64,000 bases of DNA from Nitrospinales bacterium (lineage in GTDB: Bacteria > Nitrospinota > Nitrospinia > Nitrospinales > VA-1): the NCBI GenBank assembly GCA_965223345.1, contig CBDCWG010000012.1, positions 352,001-416,000 of the forward strand. The letters run 5' to 3'. The position numbers were made by a program, and so were the translations under genes. Position 1 is the first letter of the stretch. Each line of letters begins with the position of its first letter. This document shows positions 21,847 to 33,156 of the stretch, in pieces. The notes beneath the pieces were generated by a model. The model saw nothing but the letters and a program-made list of their open reading frames with translations, did no database searches and was not told the DNA's origin.

Positions 21847-21970
21847 AGGCCGGGAGGGACCGGCCGGCTTTTGGCATCGCAAGCGCACAAATCCTGAAAT
21901 CAGGAAACGCATACAATCAATCGAGGGTGCGGCCCTCATTTTATCAACAGAAAGTGAGACGGTTTGAATC

Positions 21971-23680
21971 ATGAAAAAGCAAGCGGACGTTATTGCTCAG
22001 ATGGAATTGGATGATCTTGAGGAAAAGGAGGTGTTGTCTCCCGAAGATCAGGCGGCCATGGAAGAGATGGAAGCTTATTTCAGTGAAAGTCTGGGACAGT
22101 TCAAGGAAGGACAGATCATCAACGGCAAGGTGATCAGCATGTCCAAGGACGCGGTGATCGTGGATGTGGGCTTCAAATCCGAGGGCATCATCTCTTTGTC
22201 GGAATTTCCCGACCACGGCAAGAACCTGTCGATCGGCGACGACATCGAGGTGTACCTGGAACGGGTCGAGGACAACGACGGCAATGTGGTGCTCTCGAAG
22301 GAAAAAGCCAACAAGATCAAAATCTGGGACGAGCTGGTCAAGACCTACGAAGCGGACGAAACCATCGAGGGAGTGGTGGTGGCCAAGGCCAAAGGCGGCC
22401 TGACGGTGGACATCGGGCTGAAAGCGTTTCTGCCCGGTTCGCAGATCGATCTGCGGCCGATGCGCAACCTGGAAAAGCTGATGGGCGAGAAGTTCAAGAT
22501 GAAGATCATCAAAATGAACAAAAAGCGCGGCAACATCGTGCTTTCCCGCCGCATCCTGCTGGAGGAGCAGCGCAAGCAGCTGCGCGAGGGCACGCTGGAA
22601 CAGATGAAGGAAGGCAACCTCATCGAAGGCATCGTCAAAAACATCACCGAATACGGTGTGTTCATCGATCTCGGCGGCATGGACGGCCTGCTGCACATCA
22701 CCGACATGTCCTGGGGACGGGTGAACCATCCTTCGGAAATGTTTTCCATCGGCGACAAGGTCAAAGTGATGGTGCTGAAATACGACAAGGAAAAAGAACG
22801 CGTTTCTCTCGGCCTCAAGCAGATCACGCCCGATCCCTGGGTCGAGGTGGATCAGAAGTTTCCGGTAGACACCCGCATCAAGGGCAAGGTGGTCAGCATC
22901 ACCGATTACGGCGTGTTCGTGGAACTGGAAAAAGGCATCGAGGGGCTGGTGCACATCTCCGAGATGAGCTGGAGCCGGCATGTGAAACACCCGAGCAAGG
23001 TGGTTTCGATCGGCGACGAAGTCGAGGCGGTGGTCCTCACCCTCGACAAGGAACGCAAGCGGATTTCCCTGGGCATGAAGCAGATCGAACCGAACCCGTG
23101 GGAGAGCATCGACGAAAAATACCCCATCGGTTCGGAGGTATCCGGCATGGTGCGCAACCTCACGGACTTCGGCGCGTTCGTGGAGCTGGAAGACGGGGTG
23201 GACGGGTTGATCCACATCTCCGATCTGAGCTGGAAAAAAATCAAGCATCCTTCGGAAATGCTGAAAAAGAAAGACAAGGTCAAATCGGTGGTGTTGAGCA
23301 TCGACAAGGACAACTGCCGCATCTCGCTGGGCGTCAAGCAGCTGGAGCCGGACCCCTGGGACGACATCGCCAAAAATTACCCGGTGGGCACCGATGTCAG
23401 CGGCACCATCATCAAGGTGACGAGTTTCGGTGCGTTCGCCGAGTTCGGGGACGGGCTCGAAGGGCTGATCCACGTTTCGCAGCTCAGCTCGCAGAAGGTC
23501 AGCCATCCCGACCAGGTCGTCAAGGTGGACGATGCGATCAAGGCCAAGGTGATCAAGGTGGACACGGCCAGCAAAAAGATCGCATTGAGCATCAAGGCGT
23601 TCGAGGAAAATTTGGACATTCCGGCCATCGAGCAGGAACAGGCGCAGATCGAAAGTTTCAAGGAAGAGGACAATTCCTGA
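21971..23680 (+). CDS. rpsA: 30S ribosomal protein S1
   Basis: Six S1 repeats (VDVGFKSEG, AFLPGSQID, YGVFIDLGGMDGLLHITDMSW and others); follows cmk. Confidence 0.97.
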   Translation: MKKQADVIAQMELDDLEEKEVLSPEDQAAMEEMEAYFSESLGQFKEGQIINGKVISMSKDAVIVDVGFKSEGIISLSEFPDHGKNLSIGDDIEVYLERVEDNDGNVVLSKEKANKIKIWDELVKTYEADETIEGVVVAKAKGGLTVDIGLKAFLPGSQIDLRPMRNLEKLMGEKFKMKIIKMNKKRGNIVLSRRILLEEQRKQLREGTLEQMKEGNLIEGIVKNITEYGVFIDLGGMDGLLHITDMSWGRVNHPSEMFSIGDKVKVMVLKYDKEKERVSLGLKQITPDPWVEVDQKFPVDTRIKGKVVSITDYGVFVELEKGIEGLVHISEMSWSRHVKHPSKVVSIGDEVEAVVLTLDKERKRISLGMKQIEPNPWESIDEKYPIGSEVSGMVRNLTDFGAFVELEDGVDGLIHISDLSWKKIKHPSEMLKKKDKVKSVVLSIDKDNCRISLGVKQLEPDPWDDIAKNYPVGTDVSGTIIKVTSFGAFAEFGDGLEGLIHVSQLSSQKVSHPDQVVKVDDAIKAKVIKVDTASKKIALSIKAFEENLDIPAIEQEQAQIESFKEEDNS

Positions 23681-23724
23681 GTCGTTCCCCCTCGCCGCTT
23701 TGCAGTGAATCTGCCACACGGATT

Positions 23725-23770
23725 GCGGCCCCGGTTCCGGGGCCGCCGTTCCTCCCCCTTCTTTTCTCTG
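23725..23770 (+). terminator. GC hairpin after rpsA, probable terminator
   Basis: GCGGCCCCGG-TT-CCGGGGCCGC (23725-23746) followed by a pyrimidine-rich tract. Confidence 0.5.
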
Positions 23771-23850
23771 GATACATTTTGATTTGTCTTTAAAATTTCT
23801 GTATATACAAATCAGTACGCATCCGGTTTGATTTTTTTCAGGAACCCGCC

Positions 23851-24765
23851 ATGGAATTTTCCAGCTCCCGCAAACCGAGACGGTCTTTCGGCAAGACCCT
23901 GTTGTTTTTCATTCTGGGCGCTTTTCTGCTGCTCATGATCACGTCCGTCATTTCCGCGCTGCTGCCGGACGACATGATGGGCGGCTCCGAAGAGGCGATC
24001 GCCCTGGTGGAAGTGCGCGGCATGATCACCGACTCGCAGGACGTGGTCCGCCAGCTGGCGCATTACCGGGACGCTAAAAACATCCGCGGCATCGTCCTGC
24101 GCATCGATTCTCCCGGCGGCGGCGTGGCCCCGTCTCAGGAGATCTACGATGCGGTGCTCAGGGTGAAGGAAAGCCAGAAAAAGATCTTCGCGTCGATGGG
24201 CAGTGTGGCCGCATCCGGCGGTTATTACATCGCCAGCGCGGCGGACACGATCTTCGCCAATCCGGGTACTCTGACCGGAAGCATCGGGGTGATCATGGCG
24301 TTCTCCAATGTGGAGGAGTTGGCTTCCAAATTGGGCATCCGGCCGGAGGTGATCAAAAGCGGCAAGTTCAAGGACGCTGGCTCGCCGGTGAGGCCCCTGT
24401 CCAAGGAGGACCGGGAGCTGCTGCAGCAGCTGGTGGACGATGTGCAGGATCAGTTCGTCGAGGCGGTCGCGGAAGGCCGGCAACTGCCGCCGGAAGAGGT
24501 GAAGAAAGTTGCGGATGGACGCGTGTTCACGGGACGCCAGGCGCTGGAAATGAAAATGGTGGACCAGCTCGGCGGTCTGCAGGACAGCATCGAACACATG
24601 GCGGAACTGGTGGGAATCGAGGGAACGCCGAAGGTGGTTCAGGAAACCGAAAAAGTGCACTTTCTCGATTGGCTGATGCAGGCGGCGTTTTACAGGGAAA
24701 TCAAAAGTTCCCTCAGCCCGGATCGCATCCCCTCGCTGCAGTTTCTCTGGGTAGCCCCCAAATAA
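23851..24765 (+). CDS. sppA: Signal peptide peptidase SppA (36K type)
   Basis: LRIDSPGG, AASGGYY, TGSIGV and DGRVFTGRQA motifs; N-terminal TM segment. Confidence 0.93.
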   Translation: MEFSSSRKPRRSFGKTLLFFILGAFLLLMITSVISALLPDDMMGGSEEAIALVEVRGMITDSQDVVRQLAHYRDAKNIRGIVLRIDSPGGGVAPSQEIYDAVLRVKESQKKIFASMGSVAASGGYYIASAADTIFANPGTLTGSIGVIMAFSNVEELASKLGIRPEVIKSGKFKDAGSPVRPLSKEDRELLQQLVDDVQDQFVEAVAEGRQLPPEEVKKVADGRVFTGRQALEMKMVDQLGGLQDSIEHMAELVGIEGTPKVVQETEKVHFLDWLMQAAFYREIKSSLSPDRIPSLQFLWVAPK

Positions 24766-24954
24766 ACAATTTCTTAGTCTACAGACGGCGGCGCGATGCC
24801 CCCCCTTGCGCGTCGAAAACGCCCCCATCATTTCATTAAAATTTCGTAAAATTTCATTCTTTAGGCATCACTTTTGGGTTGACTTTTGGGATAGGTTCGA
24901 TTTTGTTGACCGGAAATTAAGCAAAAAAAAAATTCCGAGGCGCTTGTAAAGGGC

Positions 24955-24982
24955 TTGACTTCATTGACTTTAGTGCTATACT
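24955..24982 (+). promoter_or_regulatory. Sigma70 promoter with extended -10
   Basis: TTGACT-N16-TATACT with TG upstream of the -10, ahead of the IHF/HU gene. Confidence 0.6.
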
Positions 24983-25045
24983 TTCGAGCGAACTTACTCC
25001 TACAAACATACCAAGATATTAATTTGCTGGGCGGGGGGCTGATTA

Positions 25046-25324
25046 ATGACTAAGGCAGAGCTGGTTGAAAAAGTCGCGAACCAAATCAATCTGACCAAGA
25101 AACAAACTGAAATCGTCGTCAACACGGTGTTTCAAAGCATTACCGAATCCCTCAGTCAAGGTAAGAAAGTCGAGTTGCGGGGATTCGGCAGTTTCAGGAT
25201 CCGCGAAAGAAACGCTCGTATCGGTCGCAACCCAAAATCAGGAGACAAGGTGGATGTGCCTGCGAAAAAAGTTCCTTTCTTCAAAGCGGGCAAGGAGTTG
25301 CGGGAACTTGTTGATCATGAATGA
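25046..25324 (+). CDS. ihfB: Integration host factor subunit beta / HU family
   Basis: MTKAELV, VELRGFGSF, GRNPKSG and PFFKAGKELRE; typical rpsA-sppA-ihfB order. Confidence 0.88.
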   Translation: MTKAELVEKVANQINLTKKQTEIVVNTVFQSITESLSQGKKVELRGFGSFRIRERNARIGRNPKSGDKVDVPAKKVPFFKAGKELRELVDHE

Positions 25325-25696
25325 CTTTTCAAGTTTCGATTGCTGACAGTTCCAATCCCGGTCTTTTTAATCGGAAATCCGCATTTCAAATATATCGGGA
25401 ACTTAAGGTGACAGCGGGCATCACGGTCCGCCCGGTTCCTCGCCTTTTACCCCTCCCCCTCCCACAGCGATGTTCCCCCCCGCATCGCACGCGTTTCGCG
25501 GCCCGGATTCATTCGAAGCGTCTTCCTCACCCATTGATGGCTGTCAACACTGCGTTTGCCGGGAGGCCGATCGTTGCCGCTGACCCAAACGCAAGACATC
25601 GCCCCGAGGATCACATTATAAACGAGCGTTTATTTACGCAAAAACCCGTCGCCCACACGCGCGGTGGCGTCGTTCTGTCGAAAGCGTTCTGAGACC

Positions 25697-26764
25697 ATGC
25701 CGGGAAATTCGTACGGAAAACTTTTTAAAATCACCACCTGGGGCGAATCCCACGGAACCGGAATCGGTGTGGTCGTCGAGGGCTGCCCGGCGGGACTGGC
25801 GATCAAGGAAGCGGAAATCCAGAAAGAGCTGGACCGGCGGCGCACGGGTCAGAGCAAGGTGACCACCACGCGCAAGGAAGGCGACCGCATTCAGATCCAG
25901 TCCGGTGTGTTTCAGGGCAAAACCACGGGGACGCCGATTTCCATGTGGGTGGAAAACAAGGACGCGGACTCGTCCAAATACGAACTGATCAAGGATCTGT
26001 ACCGGCCGGGACATGCGGACTTCACCTACGATCAAAAATACGGCTTCCGCGATTACCGCGGCGGCGGCCGTTCCAGCGCCCGGGAAACCGTGGGCCGCGT
26101 CGCCGCAGGCGCGATCGCCAAAAAGCTGCTGCTGCGCGAAAAAATCAGGGTCACCGGCTACACGCGCCAGATCGGCCCCCACGTCGCGCAGACGGTCAAC
26201 CTGAAAGAGATTGAAAAAAATATCGTTCGCTGCCCGGATAAAAAGATCGCCGCAAAGATGGTGGATCACATCATGCAGGCCCGCAAGCAGGGCGATTCGG
26301 TGGGCGGCGTGGTGGAAGTGATCGCGCAGGGCGTGCCCGCAGGACTGGGAGAACCGGTTTTCGACCGGCTGGATGCGGATCTGGCCAAGGCGGTCATGAG
26401 CATTCCCGCGGTCAAGGGCGTGGAGGTCGGCATCGGCTTTGAAGCGGCGACGATGCTGGGCTCCGAATGCAACGACGCGTTCGTGACGAAAAACCGCAAG
26501 ATCACCACGCGCACCAACAACGCCGGCGGCGTCCTGGGGGGCATCTCGAACGGCGCGGACATCGTCCTGCGCTTCGTGGTGAAACCCACCTCCTCCATCA
26601 ACCGGGAGCAGGACACGGTGACGCGCAAAGGCAAAGCCGCCACCATCCGCGTCGAAGGCCGTCACGATCCCTGTGTCTCGCCGCGCGCGGTTCCCATCGC
26701 GGAAGCGATGGTGGCCCTCACCCTCATCGATCATCTGCTGCGGCACCGCTCCTCGCGCCTGTAG
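25697..26764 (+). CDS. aroC: Chorismate synthase
   Basis: [23 protein letters not shown] and GRHDPC motifs. Confidence 0.97.
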   Translation: MPGNSYGKLFKITTWGESHGTGIGVVVEGCPAGLAIKEAEIQKELDRRRTGQSKVTTTRKEGDRIQIQSGVFQGKTTGTPISMWVENKDADSSKYELIKDLYRPGHADFTYDQKYGFRDYRGGGRSSARETVGRVAAGAIAKKLLLREKIRVTGYTRQIGPHVAQTVNLKEIEKNIVRCPDKKIAAKMVDHIMQARKQGDSVGGVVEVIAQGVPAGLGEPVFDRLDADLAKAVMSIPAVKGVEVGIGFEAATMLGSECNDAFVTKNRKITTRTNNAGGVLGGISNGADIVLRFVVKPTSSINREQDTVTRKGKAATIRVEGRHDPCVSPRAVPIAEAMVALTLIDHLLRHRSSRL

Positions 26765-26932
26765 CGGGTTCGCTTACCGCGCACTCACTTTCCTCTGGCT
26801 TTCCCGCAAATCCCCCTCTCACGCGACGGATCAATTTAGGGTTGTCACACCCTTTTGAGATCTTTATCCTTAACTCAAAGATCCTTTTTTCTCCTGTGGC
26901 GGGCTTCCGTCGGAGCCGATACGGTTTTCATC

Positions 26933-27727
26933 ATGCAAGTGGGCTTCATCCAGAACAATCCGGTGTTCGGTGCGAAAGAGAACAACCTCGCCCGCGTCGT
27001 GAGCGTGCTCGCCGAGGCCTCGGCGGATCTTTTCGTCCTGCCCGAGCTGTTCGCCACCGGCTACCAGTTCAGGGACCGTTCCGAGGCACGGGATCTGGCG
27101 GAACCGGCGTGCACCGGGCCGACGTCGCAAGCTCTGGTGTCGCTGGCAAAAAATCTCAACGCGCACATCGTGGGCGGTTTCGCGGAGCGGGACGGCGATG
27201 CGGTGTACAACTCCGCGCTGCTCGCCGGTCCCGATGGGCTTGTGGGCACCTACCGCAAGGCACACCTGTTCGACACGGAAAAGGAGGTGTTCGATCCGGG
27301 CAACACGCCGCTCGCGGTCTTCGACATCGGCATCGCGCGCGTCGGCATCATGATCTGCTTCGACTGGAGGTTTCCGGAAACGGCGCGCACGCTGGCGCTC
27401 CAGGGTGCGGACCTGATCGCCCATCCCGCGAACCTGGTGCTCAAACACTGCCCGGAAGCCATGATCACGCGCTGCCTGGAAAACCAGATTTACGTCGTCA
27501 CGGCGGACCGGGTGGGACGCGAGGAACGCATTGCGGGGCAATCGCTGGAGTTCATCGGCCAGAGCCAGGTGGTGGACCCGCACGGCAATGTGCTGTACCG
27601 GGCCTCGCGCGACCAGGAGGAGATGCGGGTGGTCTCCATCGACCTCGACAAGGCGCGCGACAAGCATCTCAATGCCCGCAACCACCTGTTCGAAGACCGC
27701 CGGGAAGACCTTTACAGACTCAAATGA
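26933..27727 (+). CDS. Carbon-nitrogen hydrolase (nitrilase family)
   Basis: E-K-C triad: LPEL, YRKAHL and ICFDWRFPE. Confidence 0.9.
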   Translation: MQVGFIQNNPVFGAKENNLARVVSVLAEASADLFVLPELFATGYQFRDRSEARDLAEPACTGPTSQALVSLAKNLNAHIVGGFAERDGDAVYNSALLAGPDGLVGTYRKAHLFDTEKEVFDPGNTPLAVFDIGIARVGIMICFDWRFPETARTLALQGADLIAHPANLVLKHCPEAMITRCLENQIYVVTADRVGREERIAGQSLEFIGQSQVVDPHGNVLYRASRDQEEMRVVSIDLDKARDKHLNARNHLFEDRREDLYRLK

Positions 27728-27837
27728 TTTCTGCTACCCTTGTGGGCGATTCAACGCAAACGATTGATTGCCAAAGGGATGCCATGCCCATGCTCTGGGC
27801 GGCGGAGTTTTTCCCCTGAGTTTTTCTGAAAGGCGAA

Positions 27838-28266
27838 GTGATGGATAAAAGCAAGTCGCGGTTTTTGAAAAAAGACGATGGCACGATTTACGATTCTTTG
27901 ACCAGCCTGACCTGGATCGCCAACGATTCCCGGCTGGATCTCGATAAGGAAGTCACCTGGGACGAGGCGGAACAGTACGCCAAGGACCTCAACGCGAAGA
28001 ATTTCGGCGGTCATGCGGACTGGCGGCTGCCCACGATCCACGAAGCGACCTCTCTGTACGACAAAAATCACCTGAACAAGGACTTCAAGGGCGGCGACAT
28101 CAACATCGATTCGGTCTTTCCCCCCGGAATGGGCAACTGCACCTGGACCAGCGACACGCGCGGCAACGAGGCGCAAATCCTCTTCTATGTCAACGGCTGC
28201 CCCTACTGGTACCGCAAGGACGACAAAACCATTTCGCATGCGGTCCGCCTGGTGCGCCGCGACTGA
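27838..28266 (+). CDS. DUF1566 (Lcl C-terminal domain-like) protein
   Basis: DGTIYDSLTSLTW, W.EA..Y, GHADWRLPTI.E and VRLVR motifs. Confidence 0.8.
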   Translation: MMDKSKSRFLKKDDGTIYDSLTSLTWIANDSRLDLDKEVTWDEAEQYAKDLNAKNFGGHADWRLPTIHEATSLYDKNHLNKDFKGGDINIDSVFPPGMGNCTWTSDTRGNEAQILFYVNGCPYWYRKDDKTISHAVRLVRRD

Positions 28267-28326
28267 CTCCTCCTCCCCGGAGTGGGAACAGGCCGAACGT
28301 TGACCGCCGGAAAAAAAAATCCACAA

Positions 28327-28348
28327 TCACTCTGAGCTTGTCGAAGAG
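28327..28348. repeat. REP-like repeat, single unit
   Basis: TCACTCTGAGCTTGTCGAAGAG matches the unit at 18490-18511 with two substitutions; lies between convergent genes. Confidence 0.7.
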
Positions 28349-28381
28349 GGGCGGACCAAGTTCGGCTAAGACTGAGGGTTT

Positions 28382-28996
28382 TTATTCTTCGAGCAGTTTG
28401 GGATTGGGAAGACGCAGCCCGAAGGCGCTCACGGTTTTATCCTGACGGGTCAGTTGGCGGTAGAGTTCCTGAAATTCGGGTGTTTCCAATGCCGGGTCCA
28501 ATAGCTGGGCGACTTGCTGTCGGGTGATCGGCTGCAGGGAACTTTCGGCGAATAACGAAGTCGCCACGCCGACCCAGTGCGACGAGATGAAGCCCTGGTG
28601 AACCAGGCCTTTCACCTCTCCGTAGAAATCCAGCGTCTTTCTCAGCGCATGCTGTGCGATGTATGCCGGCACGCAGCGGCCGATGGCGACGATGCGCGAC
28701 GGGTTGTCGGCGGGATAGATCCACAGGCGCACGCGCGTTCTCCCCATTTCGGAAAACTCCCGCTTCACCTGACGCCACCCTTTTTCATAGCGCTTGGAAA
28801 TCCAGGCTTCGAGCTTGACGGGTTTTTCGGTTATGGGCTGGCATTCTGGGCGCTCGGCCGCGGACGAAATAGATGCCCAAACAGCGGTAAAAACAAAAAA
28901 CAGCAAAAACCCCAATAGCCCCATAAGAAAATAACTGACTAGGCCAAGGGTTGTGGAGAGTGCGCCTTCCTTAAGGGTTTTGGACTTTTTTTGCAT
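28382..28996 (-). CDS. Hypothetical exported protein, paralog B
   Basis: N-terminal hydrophobic segment; CQP...WISK...GRCVPA...QGF.S..WVG pattern shared with the adjacent gene. Start uncertain. Confidence 0.7.
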   Translation of the reverse strand: MQKKSKTLKEGALSTTLGLVSYFLMGLLGFLLFFVFTAVWASISSAAERPECQPITEKPVKLEAWISKRYEKGWRQVKREFSEMGRTRVRLWIYPADNPSRIVAIGRCVPAYIAQHALRKTLDFYGEVKGLVHQGFISSHWVGVATSLFAESSLQPITRQQVAQLLDPALETPEFQELYRQLTRQDKTVSAFGLRLPNPKLLEE

Positions 28997-29513
28997 TGGG
29001 GCGCTGCAACCCGAAAAAGGGGACGGTGTCGTCCTGAATGGAAAATTTCCGGTACAGGGCGTGAAATTCTTCGGTGCTGAGCTTGGGATCCAGAAGCTGC
29101 TGCACCTGTTCGGCGTTGACGATCTGCTGCGAGGGCTCGTCGAATACGGTGGTGCCGATTCCCACCCAGGTCGGCGAGAGAAATCCCTGGTTCACCAGGC
29201 TTTCGATGCCACCGGTGTATTTGAGAGCCGTGGCCAGGATGTGCCGGGCGAGGTGAGCGGGAACGCAGCGGCCCACGGCGACGACTTTGGCCGTCTCTCC
29301 CATGGGAAACACCTTGAGGACCACGCGGGTGTGCCCCAACTCGCCGAATTCCTTGGCGATGGCTTTTTTCTGTTTCTTGAATTTTTTGGAAATCCAGCCC
29401 TCCACCTTGATGCGTTTTTTCTCGACCGGCTGGCAATCGGCCGCCGCCCACACGCAAGGGGTGAAGAACAGAAAAACGAGCGCTGCAACAACCGGAAAGC
29501 CTATTTTTTTCAT
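28971..29513 (-). CDS. Hypothetical exported protein, paralog A
   Basis: Signal peptide MKKIGFPVVAALVFLFF; same conserved blocks as 28382-28996. Confidence 0.75.
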   Translation of the reverse strand: MKKIGFPVVAALVFLFFTPCVWAAADCQPVEKKRIKVEGWISKKFKKQKKAIAKEFGELGHTRVVLKVFPMGETAKVVAVGRCVPAHLARHILATALKYTGGIESLVNQGFLSPTWVGIGTTVFDEPSQQIVNAEQVQQLLDPKLSTEEFHALYRKFSIQDDTVPFFGLQRPNAKKVQNP

Positions 29514-29663
29514 CTCAATGTCCAAGCCCACATCCCACACCGGCCGCCGGGAAATGTCCTCGGGGGTGCGGGCGTCGTCTGTTATAATAAAGCCCTTTGA
29601 AAGGGTGGTCCGTGCTGGCATTATAGCGGAATCGCAGCGGCAGCGGGTGCAGAGCGCGTGAAT

Positions 29664-29897
29664 TCATGCGTTTTTTTGCGCATATTCCTCGGCGCATTTT
29701 TCGCTGCAGAAGAAATACTTGGTTTCGCCCACCGTTTTCTCCAGAGCTTCGGTTTTGGGAACGTAGGTTTCGCAATTCGGATCCTTGACCATTTCCCGGG
29801 TTCCCGAAGCTTCTTTTTTTTCGGCAGAAGGGAAAAACAGCCGGACCAGCCAGACGAAAACGGCGATGAAGAGTCCTATCAATGCGATGCGTGCCAT
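29664..29897 (-). CDS. Small membrane-anchored YHS/TRASH domain protein
   Basis: N-terminal TM segment, then MVKDPNCETYV...YFFCSEKC. Confidence 0.8.
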   Translation of the reverse strand: MARIALIGLFIAVFVWLVRLFFPSAEKKEASGTREMVKDPNCETYVPKTEALEKTVGETKYFFCSEKCAEEYAQKNA

Positions 29898-30037
29898 GCT
29901 TCTATTCTAGTTTCTACGGATAATGAATTCAAGGACGGGGTCCCGTATTTTGAGCTGCCGGCCGTTCCCGCCTCTTTTCAGCAAAACCGTTGATTTTCCG
30001 TGTCGGGAGGCCGGGCCCGCCGAAACCGCAGGAATCG

Positions 30038-30970
30038 ATGAACAAAGAAATCTCCAAAGACATGGAGGATCACGAGGAAACGGGTGAAACCCTGCTTCCG
30101 GTCAAGCGGAAGGACGGCTCGCTCGTCCCCCGCGATCCGCTCACCGCCTACCTTCAGGAAATCCAGAGCCACGAGATGCTCACCGAAGAGGAGGAGCATA
30201 AGCTCGCGGTCAAGTTCCATGAAGAAGGCGATCTCAATGCGGCCTACCGGCTGACGACGGCGCACCTGATGCTGGTGGTGCGCATCGCCATGACGTTCAA
30301 GCGGGAGTGGAACAACCTCATGGACCTCATTCAGGAAGGCAACGTGGGGCTGATGAAGGCGGTGAAAAATTTCGATCCGTTTCGCGGCGTGCGGCTGTCC
30401 GCCTACGCGACCTGGTGGATCCGCTCGTACATGCTGAAATACATCATCGACAACTGGCGTCTGGTGAAGGTGGGGACGACCAATGTGCGCCGCAAGCTGC
30501 TGTTCAACCTGAAACGGGAGAAGGAAAAGCTGGAACGGGAAGGATTCTCCCCCACCACCAAGCTGCTGGCGGAGCGCTTCGGGGTGGACGAAGGGGAGGT
30601 GATCGACGTGGAGGCCAGCCTCGGAGCGGCGGATGTGTCGATGGACGCGCCAGTGCACCCCGGCAGCGAGGTGACGCCGGAGAATTCGATGGCGCATTCC
30701 GATTCGACGGAACAGCACGTCGAACTCAACCTGTTTCTCGAACGGCTGAAGGAAAAGCTCTCTGAATTCAAGGCCGATCTCAAACCGATCGAGATCGAAA
30801 TCCTGGAGGACCGGGTGCTCTCGGAATCGCCGCAATCGCTGCAGGCGATCGGCGACCGGCACGACATCACCCGTGAAGCGGTGCGGCAGGCGGAAGCGCG
30901 GCTGTTGAAAAAACTGAAGACCTATCTGGAAGAGCACCTGCCGGAAGCGGCGGAGTATTTCAGCCGTTAG
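30038..30970 (+). CDS. rpoH: RNA polymerase sigma factor, RpoH (sigma32)-like
   Basis: [21 protein letters not shown], RpoH-box-like [16 protein letters not shown] and region 4 [10 protein letters not shown]. Confidence 0.85.
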   Translation: MNKEISKDMEDHEETGETLLPVKRKDGSLVPRDPLTAYLQEIQSHEMLTEEEEHKLAVKFHEEGDLNAAYRLTTAHLMLVVRIAMTFKREWNNLMDLIQEGNVGLMKAVKNFDPFRGVRLSAYATWWIRSYMLKYIIDNWRLVKVGTTNVRRKLLFNLKREKEKLEREGFSPTTKLLAERFGVDEGEVIDVEASLGAADVSMDAPVHPGSEVTPENSMAHSDSTEQHVELNLFLERLKEKLSEFKADLKPIEIEILEDRVLSESPQSLQAIGDRHDITREAVRQAEARLLKKLKTYLEEHLPEAAEYFSR

Positions 30971-31056
30971 ACGGCGCGCCGGCGTGGCAACATTTTTTTG
31001 TTTGTTCGGCTCCGGGCACAAGACCCGGAGCCCGGTTTATTTTGAGGGAGGGGAAG

Positions 31057-32445
31057 ATGGCACATCGCACGGAAACAGACAGCATGGGGGAAATCCAGGT
31101 CCCGGCGGACCGCTATTACGGCGCGCAGACCGCGCGGTCGCTGATTCATTTCGACATCGGCACGGAAACGATGCCGCGGGAAATCATCCGCGGCATGGGG
31201 ATTCTGAAAAAGGCCGCGGCGATCGTCAATTGCAAGCTGGGGCTACTGGATGCGGACAAAAAGGACCTGATGGTGCAGGCCGCCGACGAGGTGATCGAAG
31301 GCAAGCTGGACGACCATTTTCCGTTGCGGGTCTGGCAGACGGGAAGCGGCACGCAGAGCAACATGAACAGCAACGAGGTGATCGCCAACCGCGCCATCGA
31401 GATCAGCGGCGGCACGCTGGGTTCGAAAACGCCGATCCACCCCAACGATCACGTGAACATGGGGCAGTCCTCCAACGACACGTTCCCCACCGCCATGCAC
31501 ATCGCCGCCGTCGATCGCATCCACGAACGGCTGATTCCCACGATCACCACGTTGCGCGACACGTTTAGGCAGAAGTCCGACGCGTTCAAGGACATCATCA
31601 AGATCGGCCGCACGCACCTGATGGACGCGACGCCGCTCACGCTCGGGCAGGAGTTCAGCGGCTACCGCACGCAGCTCGACTATTCGCTCGACCGCGTTCA
31701 AAGCTGCCTGCCGCGCCTCTACCAGATCGCCCTGGGCGGCACGGCGGTGGGCACCGGCCTCAACTCGCACCGCGATTTCGCCGTGAACGTCGCGGAGGAA
31801 ATCGCGACGCTCACCGGGCAGCCGTTCGTGACCGCACCCAACAAATTCGAATCGCTGGCGGCGCACGACGCCATCGTCGAGGCGAGCGGCGTGCTGAAGA
31901 CGATCGCCTGCTCGCTCATGAAGATCGCCAACGACATCCGCTGGCTGGGCTCGGGACCGCGCTGCGGCATCGGCGAGATCACGCTGCCCGCCAACGAGCC
32001 GGGTAGCTCGATCATGCCGGGGAAAGTCAATCCCACCCAGTCGGAAGCGATGACCATGGTCGCGGCGCAGGTGCTGGGCAACGACACGGCGGTCAACGTC
32101 GGCGGCTCCTCGGGCCATTTCGAGCTCAACGTGTACAAGCCGGTGATGATCTACAATCTCTTGCAGTCGATCCGCCTGATCGCGGATTCGGCGCAATCGT
32201 TCAACGATCACTGCGCCGTCGGTATCCAGCCGAATCACCTGGCCATCGAAGCGCACCTGAAAAACTCGCTCATGCTGGTGACGGCGCTCAACCCGCACAT
32301 CGGTTACGACAACGCCGCCAAGGTGGCGAAGAAAGCCTACGAGGAAAACACCTCGCTGAAAGAGGCGGCGGTGGCGCTGGAGCTGTTGACGGCGGAAGAA
32401 TTCGACGAAAAAGTGCGGCCGGAAAAAATGACCGGACCAAAATAG
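31057..32445 (+). CDS. fumC: Class II fumarate hydratase
   Basis: [27 protein letters not shown] and [11 protein letters not shown] motifs. Confidence 0.97.
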   Translation: MAHRTETDSMGEIQVPADRYYGAQTARSLIHFDIGTETMPREIIRGMGILKKAAAIVNCKLGLLDADKKDLMVQAADEVIEGKLDDHFPLRVWQTGSGTQSNMNSNEVIANRAIEISGGTLGSKTPIHPNDHVNMGQSSNDTFPTAMHIAAVDRIHERLIPTITTLRDTFRQKSDAFKDIIKIGRTHLMDATPLTLGQEFSGYRTQLDYSLDRVQSCLPRLYQIALGGTAVGTGLNSHRDFAVNVAEEIATLTGQPFVTAPNKFESLAAHDAIVEASGVLKTIACSLMKIANDIRWLGSGPRCGIGEITLPANEPGSSIMPGKVNPTQSEAMTMVAAQVLGNDTAVNVGGSSGHFELNVYKPVMIYNLLQSIRLIADSAQSFNDHCAVGIQPNHLAIEAHLKNSLMLVTALNPHIGYDNAAKVAKKAYEENTSLKEAAVALELLTAEEFDEKVRPEKMTGPK

Positions 32446-32465
32446 TTTCTGAGACCATTCAAGCC

Positions 32466-32497
32466 AGCCCTCTCCCTGATGGGAGAGGGCTTTTTTT
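32466..32497 (+). terminator. Rho-independent terminator of fumC
   Basis: AGCCCTCTCCC-TGAT-GGGAGAGGGCT followed by a T run. Confidence 0.9.
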
Positions 32498-32624
32498 ATG
32501 CCTTCTAACCGCCCCTTTTTTCTTGCTCAGTACGAACCACAATATTGGATGTTTCCGTCCAACCTTGCCTTATTCATAGTACCAATATACACTAAATATA
32601 AGTATATATTGAGGAGTCCGGTTC

Positions 32625-32873
32625 ATGGCAAAGCACACCAGTATTTCTCTCGGAGAGCATTTCAATCAATTCATCGACCAGCAGATTTCCCAGGGCCGGT
32701 ACGGTTCGGCCAGTGAAGTGGTGCGTGCGGGACTGCGGATGCTGGAGGAGCACGAATCCAGAGTCAGCGCATTGCGTTCCGCTCTGATCGATGGGGAACA
32801 AAGCGGGCCCGCCAAAAAATTCACAGCCAAAGAATTTCTGTCTTCTGTGAAAAAAAGAAAAAAGAATGGCTGA
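32625..32873 (+). CDS. parD: ParD family antitoxin (RHH)
   Basis: TSISLGEHF...GRYGSASEVVRAGLR...ALIDGEQSG. Confidence 0.9.
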   Translation: MAKHTSISLGEHFNQFIDQQISQGRYGSASEVVRAGLRMLEEHESRVSALRSALIDGEQSGPAKKFTAKEFLSSVKKRKKNG

Positions 32874-33156
32874 TTTTTTCCTGCGGCCAAAAGCACGTGC
32901 CGACCTGGAAGATATCTGGCATTTTACTTTTGAGCACTGGGGAGAAGAACAGGCCGATCATTACATCCACGACCTGGACAACGCCTTTCAGGCTTTGGCA
33001 GCCATGCCGGAAAAAGGAAGGCCTTGTGATGACATTCGGGAAGGCTACCGCAGGCATACTGTTGGCAAGCATCTGATTTTCTACCGGCAGACTGTAAAAG
33101 GAATTGAGATCGTCCGCATCCTGCACCAAAGGATGGACCCGGATCTGCACTTTTAA
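32866..33156 (+). CDS. parE: ParE/RelE family toxin
   Basis: ARADLEDIW..T...WGEEQA..Y, GYRR...GKHLIFY and IVRILHQRMD; overlaps parD. Confidence 0.9.
   Translation: MADFFLRPKARADLEDIWHFTFEHWGEEQADHYIHDLDNAFQALAAMPEKGRPCDDIREGYRRHTVGKHLIFYRQTVKGIEIVRILHQRMDPDLHF

Noticed and set aside
25349..25392. GTTCCAATCCCGG...CATTTCAAAT, resembling a CRISPR repeat, in the ihfB-aroC gap; also considered 6S RNA and the 123-aa ORF there
   Set aside because: Single copy, no spacers, no cas genes; no convincing ncRNA fold or protein-like composition. An Rfam scan would settle it.
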